Source of the DNA: an uncultured Merdimonas sp.
GTDB taxonomy: Bacteria > Bacillota > Clostridia > Lachnospirales > Lachnospiraceae
Direction of reading: 5' to 3'
Length of the DNA: 64,000 nt
Assembly (NCBI GenBank): GCA_944375885.1
Contig: CALWBB010000001.1
Location: 42,166 to 106,165 of the forward strand
The first letter of the stretch is position 1. Every line of letters begins with the position of its first letter. The notes under the pieces are model-generated. The model did no database searches. It was not told the origin of the DNA and saw nothing but the letters and a program-made list of their open reading frames with translations. The position numbers and the translations under genes are program-made. Below, in pieces: positions 9,894-19,303 of the stretch.

Positions 9894-10854
9894 CCGAAAA
9901 ATCATTTTCGCCGCGGCCGCGCTCCTGTGCGCCGCCCTTGCCTTCGTGTGCGTGAGGCATACAGGAAGAAAGAACAGCCCGCTCCGGATTGTGATGATCC
10001 AAAAAGCCCTGGATGACACCGATTTCTGGACTTCCATCGCCCAGGGGGGCGAGATGGCAGCCGAGGAACACGACGCGGTTCTGACTGTGGCCGGGCCGCC
10101 CAGGGAGCAGGAGATCGGCATGCAGAATGAGATGATCCTGGACGCCATAGCGGACAGGCCGGACGCCATCGTCCTGGCTCCCGGAAGCAGCGAAGAGACA
10201 CTTCCCTATGCCCGGCAGATCGAAGAGGCCGGCATTCCCCTGGTTCTTCTGGATTCCACAATGGAAGAAAAAGCGGGGGTTTCCGTCGTCGCTACGGATA
10301 ATTATGAACTTGGCTATAAGATGGGAAATTATATGAAACAGTTCGTGGACGAGGACACGGTGATCGGGATCGTCGGCCATGTGGAGGGAAGCTCCACGGC
10401 CATAGGCCGGGAGGCGGGCTTCCGGGCCGGCCTGGGGGAGGCGCAGGACCAGGTGGCGGAGATTGTATTCTGCGATTCTGTCACGGAGAAGGCTTCCGAG
10501 CTGACCAGGGGACTTCTGGAGAAGTATCCGGACATGGATATGATCGTGGGGCTCAACGAATATTCCGCCGTGGGCGCGGCCCGGGCAGTGCTGGAGCTGG
10601 GCCTTTCGGATGAGATTTACATGGCGGGCATAGACAGCTCCCTGGAGCAGATCCGGCTTCTGGAGGCAGGCGTCTACGAGGCCCTGGCGATTCAGAAGCC
10701 CTTCAACATGGGGTATCTCGGCGTGGAGACGGCCATCCGGGCTGCATGGGGTGAGGAGGTGGAGGAAAATATCGACTCCGGCTCTGAACTGATCACGAAG
10801 GAGAATATGTATACAGAGGAGAACCAGAAGCTGCTGTTCCCGGTGGCAGAGTAA
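9880..10854 (+). CDS. RbsB-type sugar-binding protein co-transcribed with the two-component system
   Basis: Periplasmic-binding-protein motifs (DFWTSI, VATDNY, R..GF, IQKPFNMGYLG); overlaps the kinase stop codon. Confidence 0.85.
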   Translation: MGRHNRKIIFAAAALLCAALAFVCVRHTGRKNSPLRIVMIQKALDDTDFWTSIAQGGEMAAEEHDAVLTVAGPPREQEIGMQNEMILDAIADRPDAIVLAPGSSEETLPYARQIEEAGIPLVLLDSTMEEKAGVSVVATDNYELGYKMGNYMKQFVDEDTVIGIVGHVEGSSTAIGREAGFRAGLGEAQDQVAEIVFCDSVTEKASELTRGLLEKYPDMDMIVGLNEYSAVGAARAVLELGLSDEIYMAGIDSSLEQIRLLEAGVYEALAIQKPFNMGYLGVETAIRAAWGEEVEENIDSGSELITKENMYTEENQKLLFPVAE

Positions 10855-10913
10855 GATTTTTACCTTTTCCAAGAAGATTTTCTATTACTTTATTCATAAT
10901 TTGGACATATAAT
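10853..10913 (+). promoter_or_regulatory. Activator-dependent promoter of the ABC operon, with AAGATTTT direct repeats 21 bp apart
   Basis: AAGATTTT at 10853 and 10874, weak -35 TTACTT (10885), 17 nt spacer, TATAAT at 10908. Confidence 0.5.
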
Positions 10914-11022
10914 GGACACAGATTGAAAAACGGACAAGGGGTAAGCGCCCCTTACGGACCCGTTTCTGCGGGATGCTGGAGGGAAAGGGCGGCCGTGCGC
11001 CCGGTAACTAGGAGGGAAGAAC

Positions 11023-12024
11023 GTGGAAAAAATAAAACAGAATGCAATCGTGAAAAAGATTGGATTTAACCGGCTTGTACTGATAGGCGTGTGGATTCTT
11101 CTGTACATACTGTTTGCGATTCTTACGCCGGTCATGAAGCCGAACACCAGCTTCGTGAGTTATTCACGAATCTTAAGTATTATGCAGTATGCCTGCTTTA
11201 TGGGCTTTTTGTCCCTGGGCGTTACCTTCGTCATCGCGACGGGAGGAATCGACTTCTCCATCGGACCGGTGATGTTCTGCGCGGCCCTTATGGGCGGCTA
11301 TCAGCTGACCAGCCGGGGATGGCCTCTCGCGGCCTGCCTGCTGATCTGCGTCCTGGTAGGGACTGCGTTCGGCATCCTCAACGGGCTTCTGGTGACGTAC
11401 GGGGGGCTGCCGTCCTTTATCACCTCCATGGCGAGTATGATGATTGCAAAAGGCGTGGGTTCCGTATTTACAAAGACCCAGTCTGTGAGCTGGCCCCAGT
11501 CTACCGCTCCGGGCGGCTGGTACCGCAATCTTTTAAGCATCAAGGCCGGAGGCGTCGATCTTCCCATTGGCCTTCTGATCCTCTTTGCGGGAGCTGCCAT
11601 CTGCGCGGTGATCCTGAACAAGACCAAGGCCGGACGCTATATCCTCTGCATCGGAAGCAACCGGGAGGCTGTCCGCCTCTCCGGAGTCAATACAAAGAAA
11701 TGGGAGACGCTGGCCTACATCCTCTGCGGCATGCTGGCGGGACTGGCGGCGATCTTCTACGTAGCAAAGAACACGACCGTCCAGCCGGGTCTGGGCGACA
11801 CCTTCAATAACGATGCCATCGCCGGCTGCGTCATGGGCGGAACCTCCATGGCAGGAGGCTCGGCGTCTATTGGCGGCACCCTGATCGGCGTGCTGATCAT
11901 TGCCCTTCTCCAGGAGGGAATCCTGGCCATGGGCTATCAGAGCCATTACCAGTATATCATCACAGGAATTATCGTCCTTGTAGTTGTATATGTAGACCTG
12001 CGCGGCAGACGCAGACGCAATTAA
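11023..12024 (+). CDS. Sugar ABC transporter permease (RbsC family)
   Basis: TGGIDFSIG, IGSNREAVRLSG, GGTSMAGG motifs. Confidence 0.92.
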   Translation: MEKIKQNAIVKKIGFNRLVLIGVWILLYILFAILTPVMKPNTSFVSYSRILSIMQYACFMGFLSLGVTFVIATGGIDFSIGPVMFCAALMGGYQLTSRGWPLAACLLICVLVGTAFGILNGLLVTYGGLPSFITSMASMMIAKGVGSVFTKTQSVSWPQSTAPGGWYRNLLSIKAGGVDLPIGLLILFAGAAICAVILNKTKAGRYILCIGSNREAVRLSGVNTKKWETLAYILCGMLAGLAAIFYVAKNTTVQPGLGDTFNNDAIAGCVMGGTSMAGGSASIGGTLIGVLIIALLQEGILAMGYQSHYQYIITGIIVLVVVYVDLRGRRRRN

Positions 12025-12043
12025 GCGGAAGGGGGAAGATGAA

Positions 12044-13537
12044 ATGGGTGACGTAATTTTAACCATGAAAGGTATTGACAAATCGTTCCCCGGTGTGCAC
12101 GCGCTGGATCATGTAGACCTGGAGCTTCGAAAAGGCGAGGTTCACGCCCTGATGGGCGAGAATGGGGCAGGAAAATCCACCCTCATGAAGGTGCTGACCG
12201 GTATCTATCACAAGGATTCCGGCACGATCACCTACGAGGGAAGGGAAGTGGAATTTTCCAATCCCCGGGAGGCCCAGGACGCAGGAATCGTGATTGTGCA
12301 CCAGGAACTGAATATGCTGGGGCACTTGACGGTCGCGCAGAATATCTTTATCGGACGCGAATATATGAAGGGCAAACTCATCGACGACAAGAAGATGAAT
12401 GAGGAAGCCCGAAAGCTGTTCGACCAGCTGGGAATTGACATCGATCCCACAGAAACCATGAGCCGCCTGACGGTAGGAAAGCAGCAGATGTGCGAGATTG
12501 CCAAGGCGATTTCCCATGAGGCGAAGGTGATTGTCTTTGACGAGCCCTCTGCGGCCCTGACCGAGGCGGAGATCGAGGAGTTGTTCAAAATCATCCGTGA
12601 CCTGAGAAACAAGCAGATGGGCATCATCTACATCTCCCACCGTATGGACGAGATCAAGGTGATTACGGATCGCGTGACTGTCATGCGTGACGGCGGCTAT
12701 GTGGGAACTCTGATTACCAAGGACTGCACGAAGGACGATATCATCAACATGATGGTAGGCCGTGTCATCTACGAGGATCCGAAGACGGAGAGTGCGGTGG
12801 CAAAGGATGCCCCCGTCGTCCTAAAGGTAGAGCACCTGAACGCGGGCAGGATGGTCAAGGACGTCAGCTTTGAGTTGCGAAAAGGTGAGATCCTTGGCTT
12901 CTCTGGGCTGATGGGCGCGGGAAGAACCGAGACAATGAGAGCGCTGTTCGGGGCAGACCCCAAGCAGAGCGGCGATATTTACGTAAATGGCGAAAAGATA
13001 GAGATCCGGACGCCGCAGGACGCGGTACAGCACGGAATTGGGTATCTTTCTGAGGATCGTAAGCGTTACGGCATCGTGGTGGATAAGTCTGTGGCGGAAA
13101 ACTCTACGATGGCCAGCCTGGAAAACTATATGAAGGGCATGTTCATTGACAAGAAAAAAGAGAACGACGTGGCGCAGAAATACGTGGAGCTACTGCGAAC
13201 CAAGACGCCGGGCGTAGATCAGCTGGTTGTCAACCTGTCCGGAGGAAATCAGCAGAAGGTGGTTATCGCCAAATGGCTGGTGAGAAACTGTGACATCTTG
13301 ATTTTCGACGAGCCGACCCGTGGTATCGACGTGGGAGCCAAGAGTGAGATCTATCAGCTGATGAATGAGCTGGTGGAGGAAGGCAAGTCGATTATTATGG
13401 TTTCGTCAGAGATGACGGAGATCCTGAGAATGAGCGACCGCATCGTAGTCATGTGCGAGGGACGAAAGACCGGCGAGCTGGGAATCGAAGAAGCTACGCA
13501 GGAGCGGATCATGCACGCGGCGACGCTTAGGGAATAG
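12044..13537 (+). CDS. Sugar ABC transporter ATP-binding protein (RbsA/MglA family)
   Basis: GENGAGKST, DEPS, LSGGNQQKV, DEPTRGIDVG; tandem NBDs. Confidence 0.95.
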   Translation: MGDVILTMKGIDKSFPGVHALDHVDLELRKGEVHALMGENGAGKSTLMKVLTGIYHKDSGTITYEGREVEFSNPREAQDAGIVIVHQELNMLGHLTVAQNIFIGREYMKGKLIDDKKMNEEARKLFDQLGIDIDPTETMSRLTVGKQQMCEIAKAISHEAKVIVFDEPSAALTEAEIEELFKIIRDLRNKQMGIIYISHRMDEIKVITDRVTVMRDGGYVGTLITKDCTKDDIINMMVGRVIYEDPKTESAVAKDAPVVLKVEHLNAGRMVKDVSFELRKGEILGFSGLMGAGRTETMRALFGADPKQSGDIYVNGEKIEIRTPQDAVQHGIGYLSEDRKRYGIVVDKSVAENSTMASLENYMKGMFIDKKKENDVAQKYVELLRTKTPGVDQLVVNLSGGNQQKVVIAKWLVRNCDILIFDEPTRGIDVGAKSEIYQLMNELVEEGKSIIMVSSEMTEILRMSDRIVVMCEGRKTGELGIEEATQERIMHAATLRE

Positions 13538-13549
13538 GAGGAGACGGCA

Positions 13550-14554
13550 ATGACAGACAAGAAAAAAGGAAATGCATTTACGGACAATCCCCTGGTACGG
13601 GCGGTTGGACTGCAGAAAATCGTGGTGCTGCTTGTGCTGCTTCTCATGATCATTTTCTTTGCTGCAGTCAGCAAAACCTTCCGGCAGTACCCGACGATCC
13701 TGGGTATCTTGGATGGAACCTATTACCTGGCTTTCCTTGCCATGGGCGTGACCTTCTGCCTGATTACGGGAGGCGTGGATCTTTCCATTGGAACCGGTAT
13801 GTTCTGCTACGCGCTGGCAGGCGGCTTCCTGATTACCCATAAGGATATGCCGGTCATCGTCGGCATCCTGGTGACTCTGCTCTGCGGACTGGTGATGGGA
13901 ACGATAAACGGCCTGATCGTTTCGAGGGGCGGGCACGCGCCTTTCCTGGCGACCCTGTGTACCATGATGATTGTCAGGGGCCTGGGAGCTATTATCACCG
14001 GCGGCGCCAGTATTACCTGGCCGTCCCACAGCTCTCCCAACGGCTGGACGCGTATGCTGTTCAAGCTTCCCGTAGACCGGACGATGTATCCGGTGGGCAT
14101 CATATGGGTGATTCTGGCGGCCATACTTTTAAGCATCTTCCTGAACAAGACCCGCCCGGGGCGTTATATCATAGCCATCGGAAGCAATAAGGAAGCCACC
14201 CGGCTTTCCGGAATCAACGTGGCGAACTACCAGATGCTGGCGTACATTATCTCTGGCTTCTGCACCGGACTGGCCGCCCTGGCCTACAGCTCGGCTTACC
14301 AGTCCATGGCTCCCAGCGGCGGCGGCGGAATTGAGCTGAATGCTATCGGCGCAGCTATCATCGGGGGAACCTCCATGAGCGGAGGCTCCGGAAGCATAGC
14401 AGGCACCATCATAGGCGTGTGCTTTATGTCGGTGCTCCAGAGCGGACTTCCGATGATTGACCTTCAGGCGAACTATCAGCAGATCATCATTGGTATCGTG
14501 CTGATCGTAGCGGTCTATATCGACGTACTGAAGAACAGGAAGCTGGCACGGTGA
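13550..14554 (+). CDS. Sugar ABC transporter permease (RbsC family)
   Basis: TGGVDLSIG, IGSNKEATRLSG, IGGTSMSGG. Confidence 0.92.
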   Translation: MTDKKKGNAFTDNPLVRAVGLQKIVVLLVLLLMIIFFAAVSKTFRQYPTILGILDGTYYLAFLAMGVTFCLITGGVDLSIGTGMFCYALAGGFLITHKDMPVIVGILVTLLCGLVMGTINGLIVSRGGHAPFLATLCTMMIVRGLGAIITGGASITWPSHSSPNGWTRMLFKLPVDRTMYPVGIIWVILAAILLSIFLNKTRPGRYIIAIGSNKEATRLSGINVANYQMLAYIISGFCTGLAALAYSSAYQSMAPSGGGGIELNAIGAAIIGGTSMSGGSGSIAGTIIGVCFMSVLQSGLPMIDLQANYQQIIIGIVLIVAVYIDVLKNRKLAR

Positions 14555-14624
14555 TGTTAACTGCGGATGCAGTTCACATATACATCCATTAAAGGAGTAT
14601 ATAAATAAAAAGGAGGGTTTTAAA

Positions 14625-15803
14625 ATGAAAAAGAAAATCTTGGCGGCATTGCTCTCTGCAGCAATGGTAGCGACTCTGCTGGCTGGCTGCGGCGGTGGAA
14701 ACGACGCGGCGGAGACTACCACAGACGCAGAGGAGACCACAGAGGCTGAGGACACCACAGCAGCAGAAGATACTGCTGACACCGCAGAGGATGCTGGAGA
14801 GACGACAGCAGATCTGAGCGGAATGTCCTTCGAGATCGTATCCAAGGGTCTGCAGCATCAGTACTGGCAGGCAGTTCTGAACGGAGTTAACAGCAGAGCT
14901 GAGGAACTCGGCGTAAAGGTAAACTTCGTAGGACCGGACAATGAGTCCAACATCGACCAGCAGGTAACCCAGCTGACCAACGCTCTGAACAGCAACCCGA
15001 CCGCTATCGGCCTGGCTGCCCTGTCCACCGAGTCTGTAATGAAGCTGCTTCAGCAGGCTAAGGAGTCAGGCATCCCGATCATCGGCTTTGACTCCGGTGT
15101 TCCGGACGCTCCGGAAGGCTCCGTACTGGCGAACTGCTCTACTGACAACTATGCGGCAGGCGGAATCGCTGCAGAGAACGTATATGCTGCAGTTGCTGAC
15201 AGAATCGCGGCAGCTGAGGGCACCGTACGTATCGGCGTGGTGGCTCAGGACAATACTTCTGAGTCCGTTGTAAACAGAGGCCTTGGCTTCATCGACAAGT
15301 TCGGCGAGCTGGCGGCAGCTGACGGCTACACCGTATCCGTAACAGGAAACGATACCTATATCAACAGAGCTACCTGCGAGGTAAGCGATGACGCGAAGGT
15401 TATCATCGACGTCCGCGTACCGGCAAGCGTTACTTCCGACCTTTCTCTGGCAGACGTAAACGCTCTGCTTGGCGAGGAGGACATCCTTGCACTGTACGGC
15501 TCCAACGAGCACTCTGCAAACGCTATCATCTCCGCAGCTACCAACAACCCGATCATCGGAACTGGTGACGATCAGGTTATCGCTGCTGGCTTCGACTCTG
15601 GCGCTAACCAGCTCGAGGCAGTAAGAAACGGCGTTCTGCTTGGCTCCATCACCCAGGCTCCTGTAGCAATGGGCGAGACTCTGGTTGACCTGCTGGTAGC
15701 GGCAGCCCAGGGCGAGACCGTAGAGGATGTAGATACTGGATGCCAGTGGTACACCGCTGAGAACATGGATGATCCGGAGATCGCACAGAACCTGTACGAG
15801 TAA
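14625..15803 (+). CDS. Sugar ABC substrate-binding lipoprotein (possibly L-fucose-related)
   Basis: Lipobox LAGC, acidic linker, KGLQHQYW, GFDSG, STDNY; strongly biased codon usage; followed by fucU. Confidence 0.9.
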   Translation: MKKKILAALLSAAMVATLLAGCGGGNDAAETTTDAEETTEAEDTTAAEDTADTAEDAGETTADLSGMSFEIVSKGLQHQYWQAVLNGVNSRAEELGVKVNFVGPDNESNIDQQVTQLTNALNSNPTAIGLAALSTESVMKLLQQAKESGIPIIGFDSGVPDAPEGSVLANCSTDNYAAGGIAAENVYAAVADRIAAAEGTVRIGVVAQDNTSESVVNRGLGFIDKFGELAAADGYTVSVTGNDTYINRATCEVSDDAKVIIDVRVPASVTSDLSLADVNALLGEEDILALYGSNEHSANAIISAATNNPIIGTGDDQVIAAGFDSGANQLEAVRNGVLLGSITQAPVAMGETLVDLLVAAAQGETVEDVDTGCQWYTAENMDDPEIAQNLYE

Positions 15804-15847
15804 TCGGGATATCCCGTTCACGGAATGAAACCGAAAAAGTAAATACA

Positions 15848-15877
15848 AAAGGGGCGCACCGTCCGGTGTGCCCCTTT
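15848..15877 (+). terminator. Intrinsic terminator/stabilising hairpin after the SBP gene
   Basis: AAAGGGGCGCACC-gtcc-GGTGTGCCCCTTT. Confidence 0.7.
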
Positions 15878-15927
15878 GATTACTCCGGGCGGCCGCGCTG
15901 TCCGGAAGGATAAGGAGGAAAAAGAAA

Positions 15928-16365
15928 ATGTTAAAAGGAATCCCGCAGATCTTATCACCGGAGCTTTTGATGGTGCTGTGCGAGATGGGGCATGGGGATC
16001 GCCTGGTGATCTCTGACGGCAACTTCCCGGCAGAGTCCATGGGGAAGGACGCCATCGTGATCCGCTGCGACGGACACGGCGTGCCGGAACTCCTTGACGC
16101 GATCCTGCAGCTGGTGCCACTGGATACCTACGTGGAAAAGCCTGTGACCCTGATGGAGGTCGTCCCGGGAGACAACGTAGAGACACCCATCTGGGACACC
16201 TACAAGGATATCATCAAAAAATACGACTCCCGTGGAGATGCCTGCGTGGGCAACATCGAGCGCTTCGCGTTCTATGAAGAAGCAAAAAAAGCCTACGCGA
16301 TCATCGCCACCAGCGAGAAAGCACTCTACGCAAATATTATGCTTCAGAAAGGCGTCGTCGTGTAA
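15928..16365 (+). CDS. fucU: L-fucose mutarotase (RbsD/FucU family)
   Basis: MLKGIPQILSPELL..L.EMGHGD.LVISDGNFP, LDTY, IERFAFYE.AK.AYAIIATSE.ALYANI.L.KGV. Confidence 0.9.
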   Translation: MLKGIPQILSPELLMVLCEMGHGDRLVISDGNFPAESMGKDAIVIRCDGHGVPELLDAILQLVPLDTYVEKPVTLMEVVPGDNVETPIWDTYKDIIKKYDSRGDACVGNIERFAFYEEAKKAYAIIATSEKALYANIMLQKGVVV

Positions 16366-16557
16366 AGCGGCTGTTTTGCTTAACAAAACCAAAATAAAAT
16401 CTTAATATTTCCGGTATTTGAGGGATATGTCTTGCGGCATATCCCTTTCCCTGTTATACTGTGGTTCACTGATACTGTAAAATACAGGCGGAAGTCCTGC
16501 TTTAACTCGTCTGCAGGCCCGCCGCGTATGTGAAGATTTGTGAAAGGCAGCAGAAAG

Positions 16558-17703
16558 ATGAAAGGAAAAATGTTTGCAGCCCTGTGCGCGCTGAGCCTGC
16601 TGGCTGGCTGCACAGCCGCAGAAGATGCGATAGAAGCTTCATCCGAGACCGCCCAGGAAGCGCAGGCCGGGGAGAGCGCGGCGGGGGAAGGGCAGGATGC
16701 TTCCGGAGCAGAGCAGGAAGGCATAGCCGCGTTTCGGGAACTATTGGAAATAAAAGCAGAAGGAATCGACTATCTTGATGTGTCCGGCATCCGGATTCCC
16801 GAAGGCGTTACGCTTTCGATGGTTGGCAAAGACGCGGAAAGCGGCTACTGGAAGCAGGTACACGCAGGCGCCGGACAGGCCATCGACGATATCAACGCGG
16901 CCCTGGGGTATACGGAAGACGCGAAGGCAGAACTGATCTATGACGCTTCCGCGACCGGGGATATCGCGGAGCAGATCGATATTATTGACCAGATGCTGGA
17001 TAAAAATCCCGATGCCCTGATCATTGGCTTTGTCGATATCAATTCCGGGAAAACCCAGCTGGAACTGGCAGAAAGCAACGGCGTTCCGGTATTTACCGTC
17101 GATTCCGCGATTGAAAATTCCCTGATCGTCGGCTCCAGCCAGACAGACAATTACCAGGCCGGGGCAGAGGCGGCCCGCAGGCTTGCCGGACTCATGGGAG
17201 GCTCTGGCCAGGCAGCCCTCCTGGTTCACAGCTCCGAGACAGAGACCGGGATCGAGCGGGAGAGGGGCTTTAGGGAAGAGCTGGAGCAGAATTACCCGGA
17301 TATCGAGCTTGTCAGCGCCGCATATCAGGATCAGGACGAGCGGAACGTGGATGACATAATAGCCGCGGTCCTGTCAGAGTATCCGGAGCTTAAGGCTTAT
17401 CAGGCTATGAACGAGGAGACGACGGAGGCTCTGGTCTCGGCCATCGAAATGTACGGCCCGGAGGATCGGCCGCTCATCATCGCCGGCTTTGACGCCTCCT
17501 CCGCGGAGATAGAGGATATTGAAGACGGAAAGCTGGCCGGCGTCATCGCCCAGAATCCCTACGGCATGGGCTACGCCGCCGTGGTCTTGGCGCTTCGGGA
17601 GATCGCCGGTATGGACAATGCCAGCTCCGTCGACACAGGCTACCTCTGGATCGACGCCGGGAACCTTGGCGATCCCGCCGTCCAGCAGTTGATCTACAAA
17701 TAG
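16558..17703 (+). CDS. RbsB-type sugar-binding lipoprotein
   Basis: Lipobox LAGC, YWKQV, QTDNYQAG, RERGF, AGFD, QNPYGMGY. Confidence 0.88.
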   Translation: MKGKMFAALCALSLLAGCTAAEDAIEASSETAQEAQAGESAAGEGQDASGAEQEGIAAFRELLEIKAEGIDYLDVSGIRIPEGVTLSMVGKDAESGYWKQVHAGAGQAIDDINAALGYTEDAKAELIYDASATGDIAEQIDIIDQMLDKNPDALIIGFVDINSGKTQLELAESNGVPVFTVDSAIENSLIVGSSQTDNYQAGAEAARRLAGLMGGSGQAALLVHSSETETGIERERGFREELEQNYPDIELVSAAYQDQDERNVDDIIAAVLSEYPELKAYQAMNEETTEALVSAIEMYGPEDRPLIIAGFDASSAEIEDIEDGKLAGVIAQNPYGMGYAAVVLALREIAGMDNASSVDTGYLWIDAGNLGDPAVQQLIYK

Positions 17704-17706
17704 GCG

Positions 17707-18018
17707 GGGACCGTTTTGAGGCAATGCGCAGTTTAAATCAGGATCTCACCTTTGAAGCGGCAAGATATGCTGATTCACAGGGACTATTCATTCAGCGCCA
17801 GCGCGTTAAACGTGAGGGAACGGCTGACTGATACAGAAGAAAAAATATTAGACTATGCCCGATCCTGCAGCGTCATAACAAAAGCTGATGTGATGGAACT
17901 GCTTGGAACAAGCGCGTCCACCGCTACACGGGTACTCAGAAAAATGGTCAATGCTAATTTGCTGAAGCGAAACGGAAAGGCAAGAAATACGAATTACACT
18001 ATCAATCCCCTCGATTGA
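17707..18018 (+). pseudogene. Internally deleted relic of an AlbA_2-HATPase_c_4-wHTH gene
   Basis: Fragments GDRFEAMRSLNQDLTFEAA, then (frameshifted) LIHRDYSFSAS, then a C-terminal wHTH; they match separated motifs of the intact gene at 19304-20665. Confidence 0.75.
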
Positions 18019-18029
18019 CAAGGGGATTG
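18003..18029. terminator. Hairpin between convergent genes
   Basis: CAATCCCCT / AGGGGATTG inverted repeat. Confidence 0.45.
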
Positions 18030-18130
18030 CGGACTGGTTTTTAGTCCGTCCGGCAGCATACAGGCGTCTTTGAAGCGTCCGGACAAAGGATAAAGAAAAA
18101 TCGGCTGCGCGGCTTTATCACAGGTTTGCC

Positions 18131-19000
18131 TCAGTTGATCCACCGCCGCCTGAATTCCGACGCGCTCACCCCTTCCGCTTTTTTGAACTGCTTATTCATA
18201 TAGCTGGCGTCATAGAAGCCGCAGCTGCGCGCGATTTCCTCCAGGGTTCCGCCGGAAAACCGCAGCAGCTTTTTGGCCCGGGTCAGCCGCCGGGATATCA
18301 CATACTGGTTCAGGGTGACATGATAATACTGGTGAAACTCCCGGGAGAGATGATATTTGCTGATAAAAAAGCGGTCGGAAAGCTCGTCCAGGGAGAACTT
18401 TTCCGTATAGTGCTCGTCGAGGAACTTGCGCACCTCGGCCATCTTCTGATGGCCGGGGCTTTTTTCTTCTCCGGAGCCAGTAATCTCCTGCAGCAAAATG
18501 GAAAGAATATCTACGATGAGGCGGGAGGAAGCGATTTCCGCCTGGAAATCCGAGGCTGTATTGACGTCCAGAAGGCTGGAAAATTTCTCGCGCAGCTCCG
18601 GGAAGGCAGCCGGGGAAAAGGCAGGCAGGCTGTTCGCGGAAAAATACCGGTAATACGCTTCCGAGGTACACCCGTCAAAATGCACCCAGACCAGCTCCCA
18701 GGGATCCGTGCTGCTGCTCTGGTGATAGTAAGGGGTCATGCAGTCGATAAAAAAGCAGGAGCCCTTTTTCAGCTCATAGAGCTTCTGATCGTACATCAGG
18801 ACGCCGCTGCCGGAGAGAACCAGGACGATCAGAAAGGATTTCAGGTTTTTACGGCGGGCCACATGGCTCTCCTTAAGCTTGAGATACCCTGTCTCCTGCA
18901 CGTAGAAAAAGGCAGAGCGGGCGAAGGCCCCGGGCGTCTGGATCATGCGGCGGGAGCTTTCCACATAAGAATCGGGGAAACGGTCAAAATAATTATCCAT
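18131..19000 (-). CDS. AraC family transcriptional regulator
   Basis: Cupin-like N-terminus (PWELVWVHFDG) and C-terminal AraC HTH (EEIARSCGFYDASYMNKQFKKAEGVSASEFR). GGAG RBS before MDNYF. Confidence 0.9.
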   Translation of the reverse strand: MDNYFDRFPDSYVESSRRMIQTPGAFARSAFFYVQETGYLKLKESHVARRKNLKSFLIVLVLSGSGVLMYDQKLYELKKGSCFFIDCMTPYYHQSSSTDPWELVWVHFDGCTSEAYYRYFSANSLPAFSPAAFPELREKFSSLLDVNTASDFQAEIASSRLIVDILSILLQEITGSGEEKSPGHQKMAEVRKFLDEHYTEKFSLDELSDRFFISKYHLSREFHQYYHVTLNQYVISRRLTRAKKLLRFSGGTLEEIARSCGFYDASYMNKQFKKAEGVSASEFRRRWIN

Positions 19001-19195
19001 ACAGGCCTCTCCTTCCTGGATATTTTGCAGACAGGCAAAAGCAATATAATACCTGTTTTCGGCAACATCCTCACTTGTTAATCCCAATATACAGGTATAT
19101 ACTTGCAAAAGCAAGAGGAAAAGAGAAACAATAAATTACTGTTTGCTATTCTGGTAGATCACAGAAAAATACGGGTGTGGTCAGATATGAAAAAT

Positions 19196-19268
19196 ATTCA
19201 CATTATTCACTGTGAATGAAGTGAATATTCACAATTTGGATTGAAAAAAGTGAACAAAGGAGTATAAT
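19196..19268 (+). promoter_or_regulatory. Promoter with symmetric ATTCAC/GTGAAT operator-like array
   Basis: ATTCAC at 19196, 19205 and 19227; GTGAAT at 19212 and 19221; TTGAAA(19241)-16 nt-TATAAT(19263). Confidence 0.6.
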
Positions 19269-19303
19269 AAAAAGCAGAAAAGCGGAAGAAAGGTGGAGAC
19301 GCT

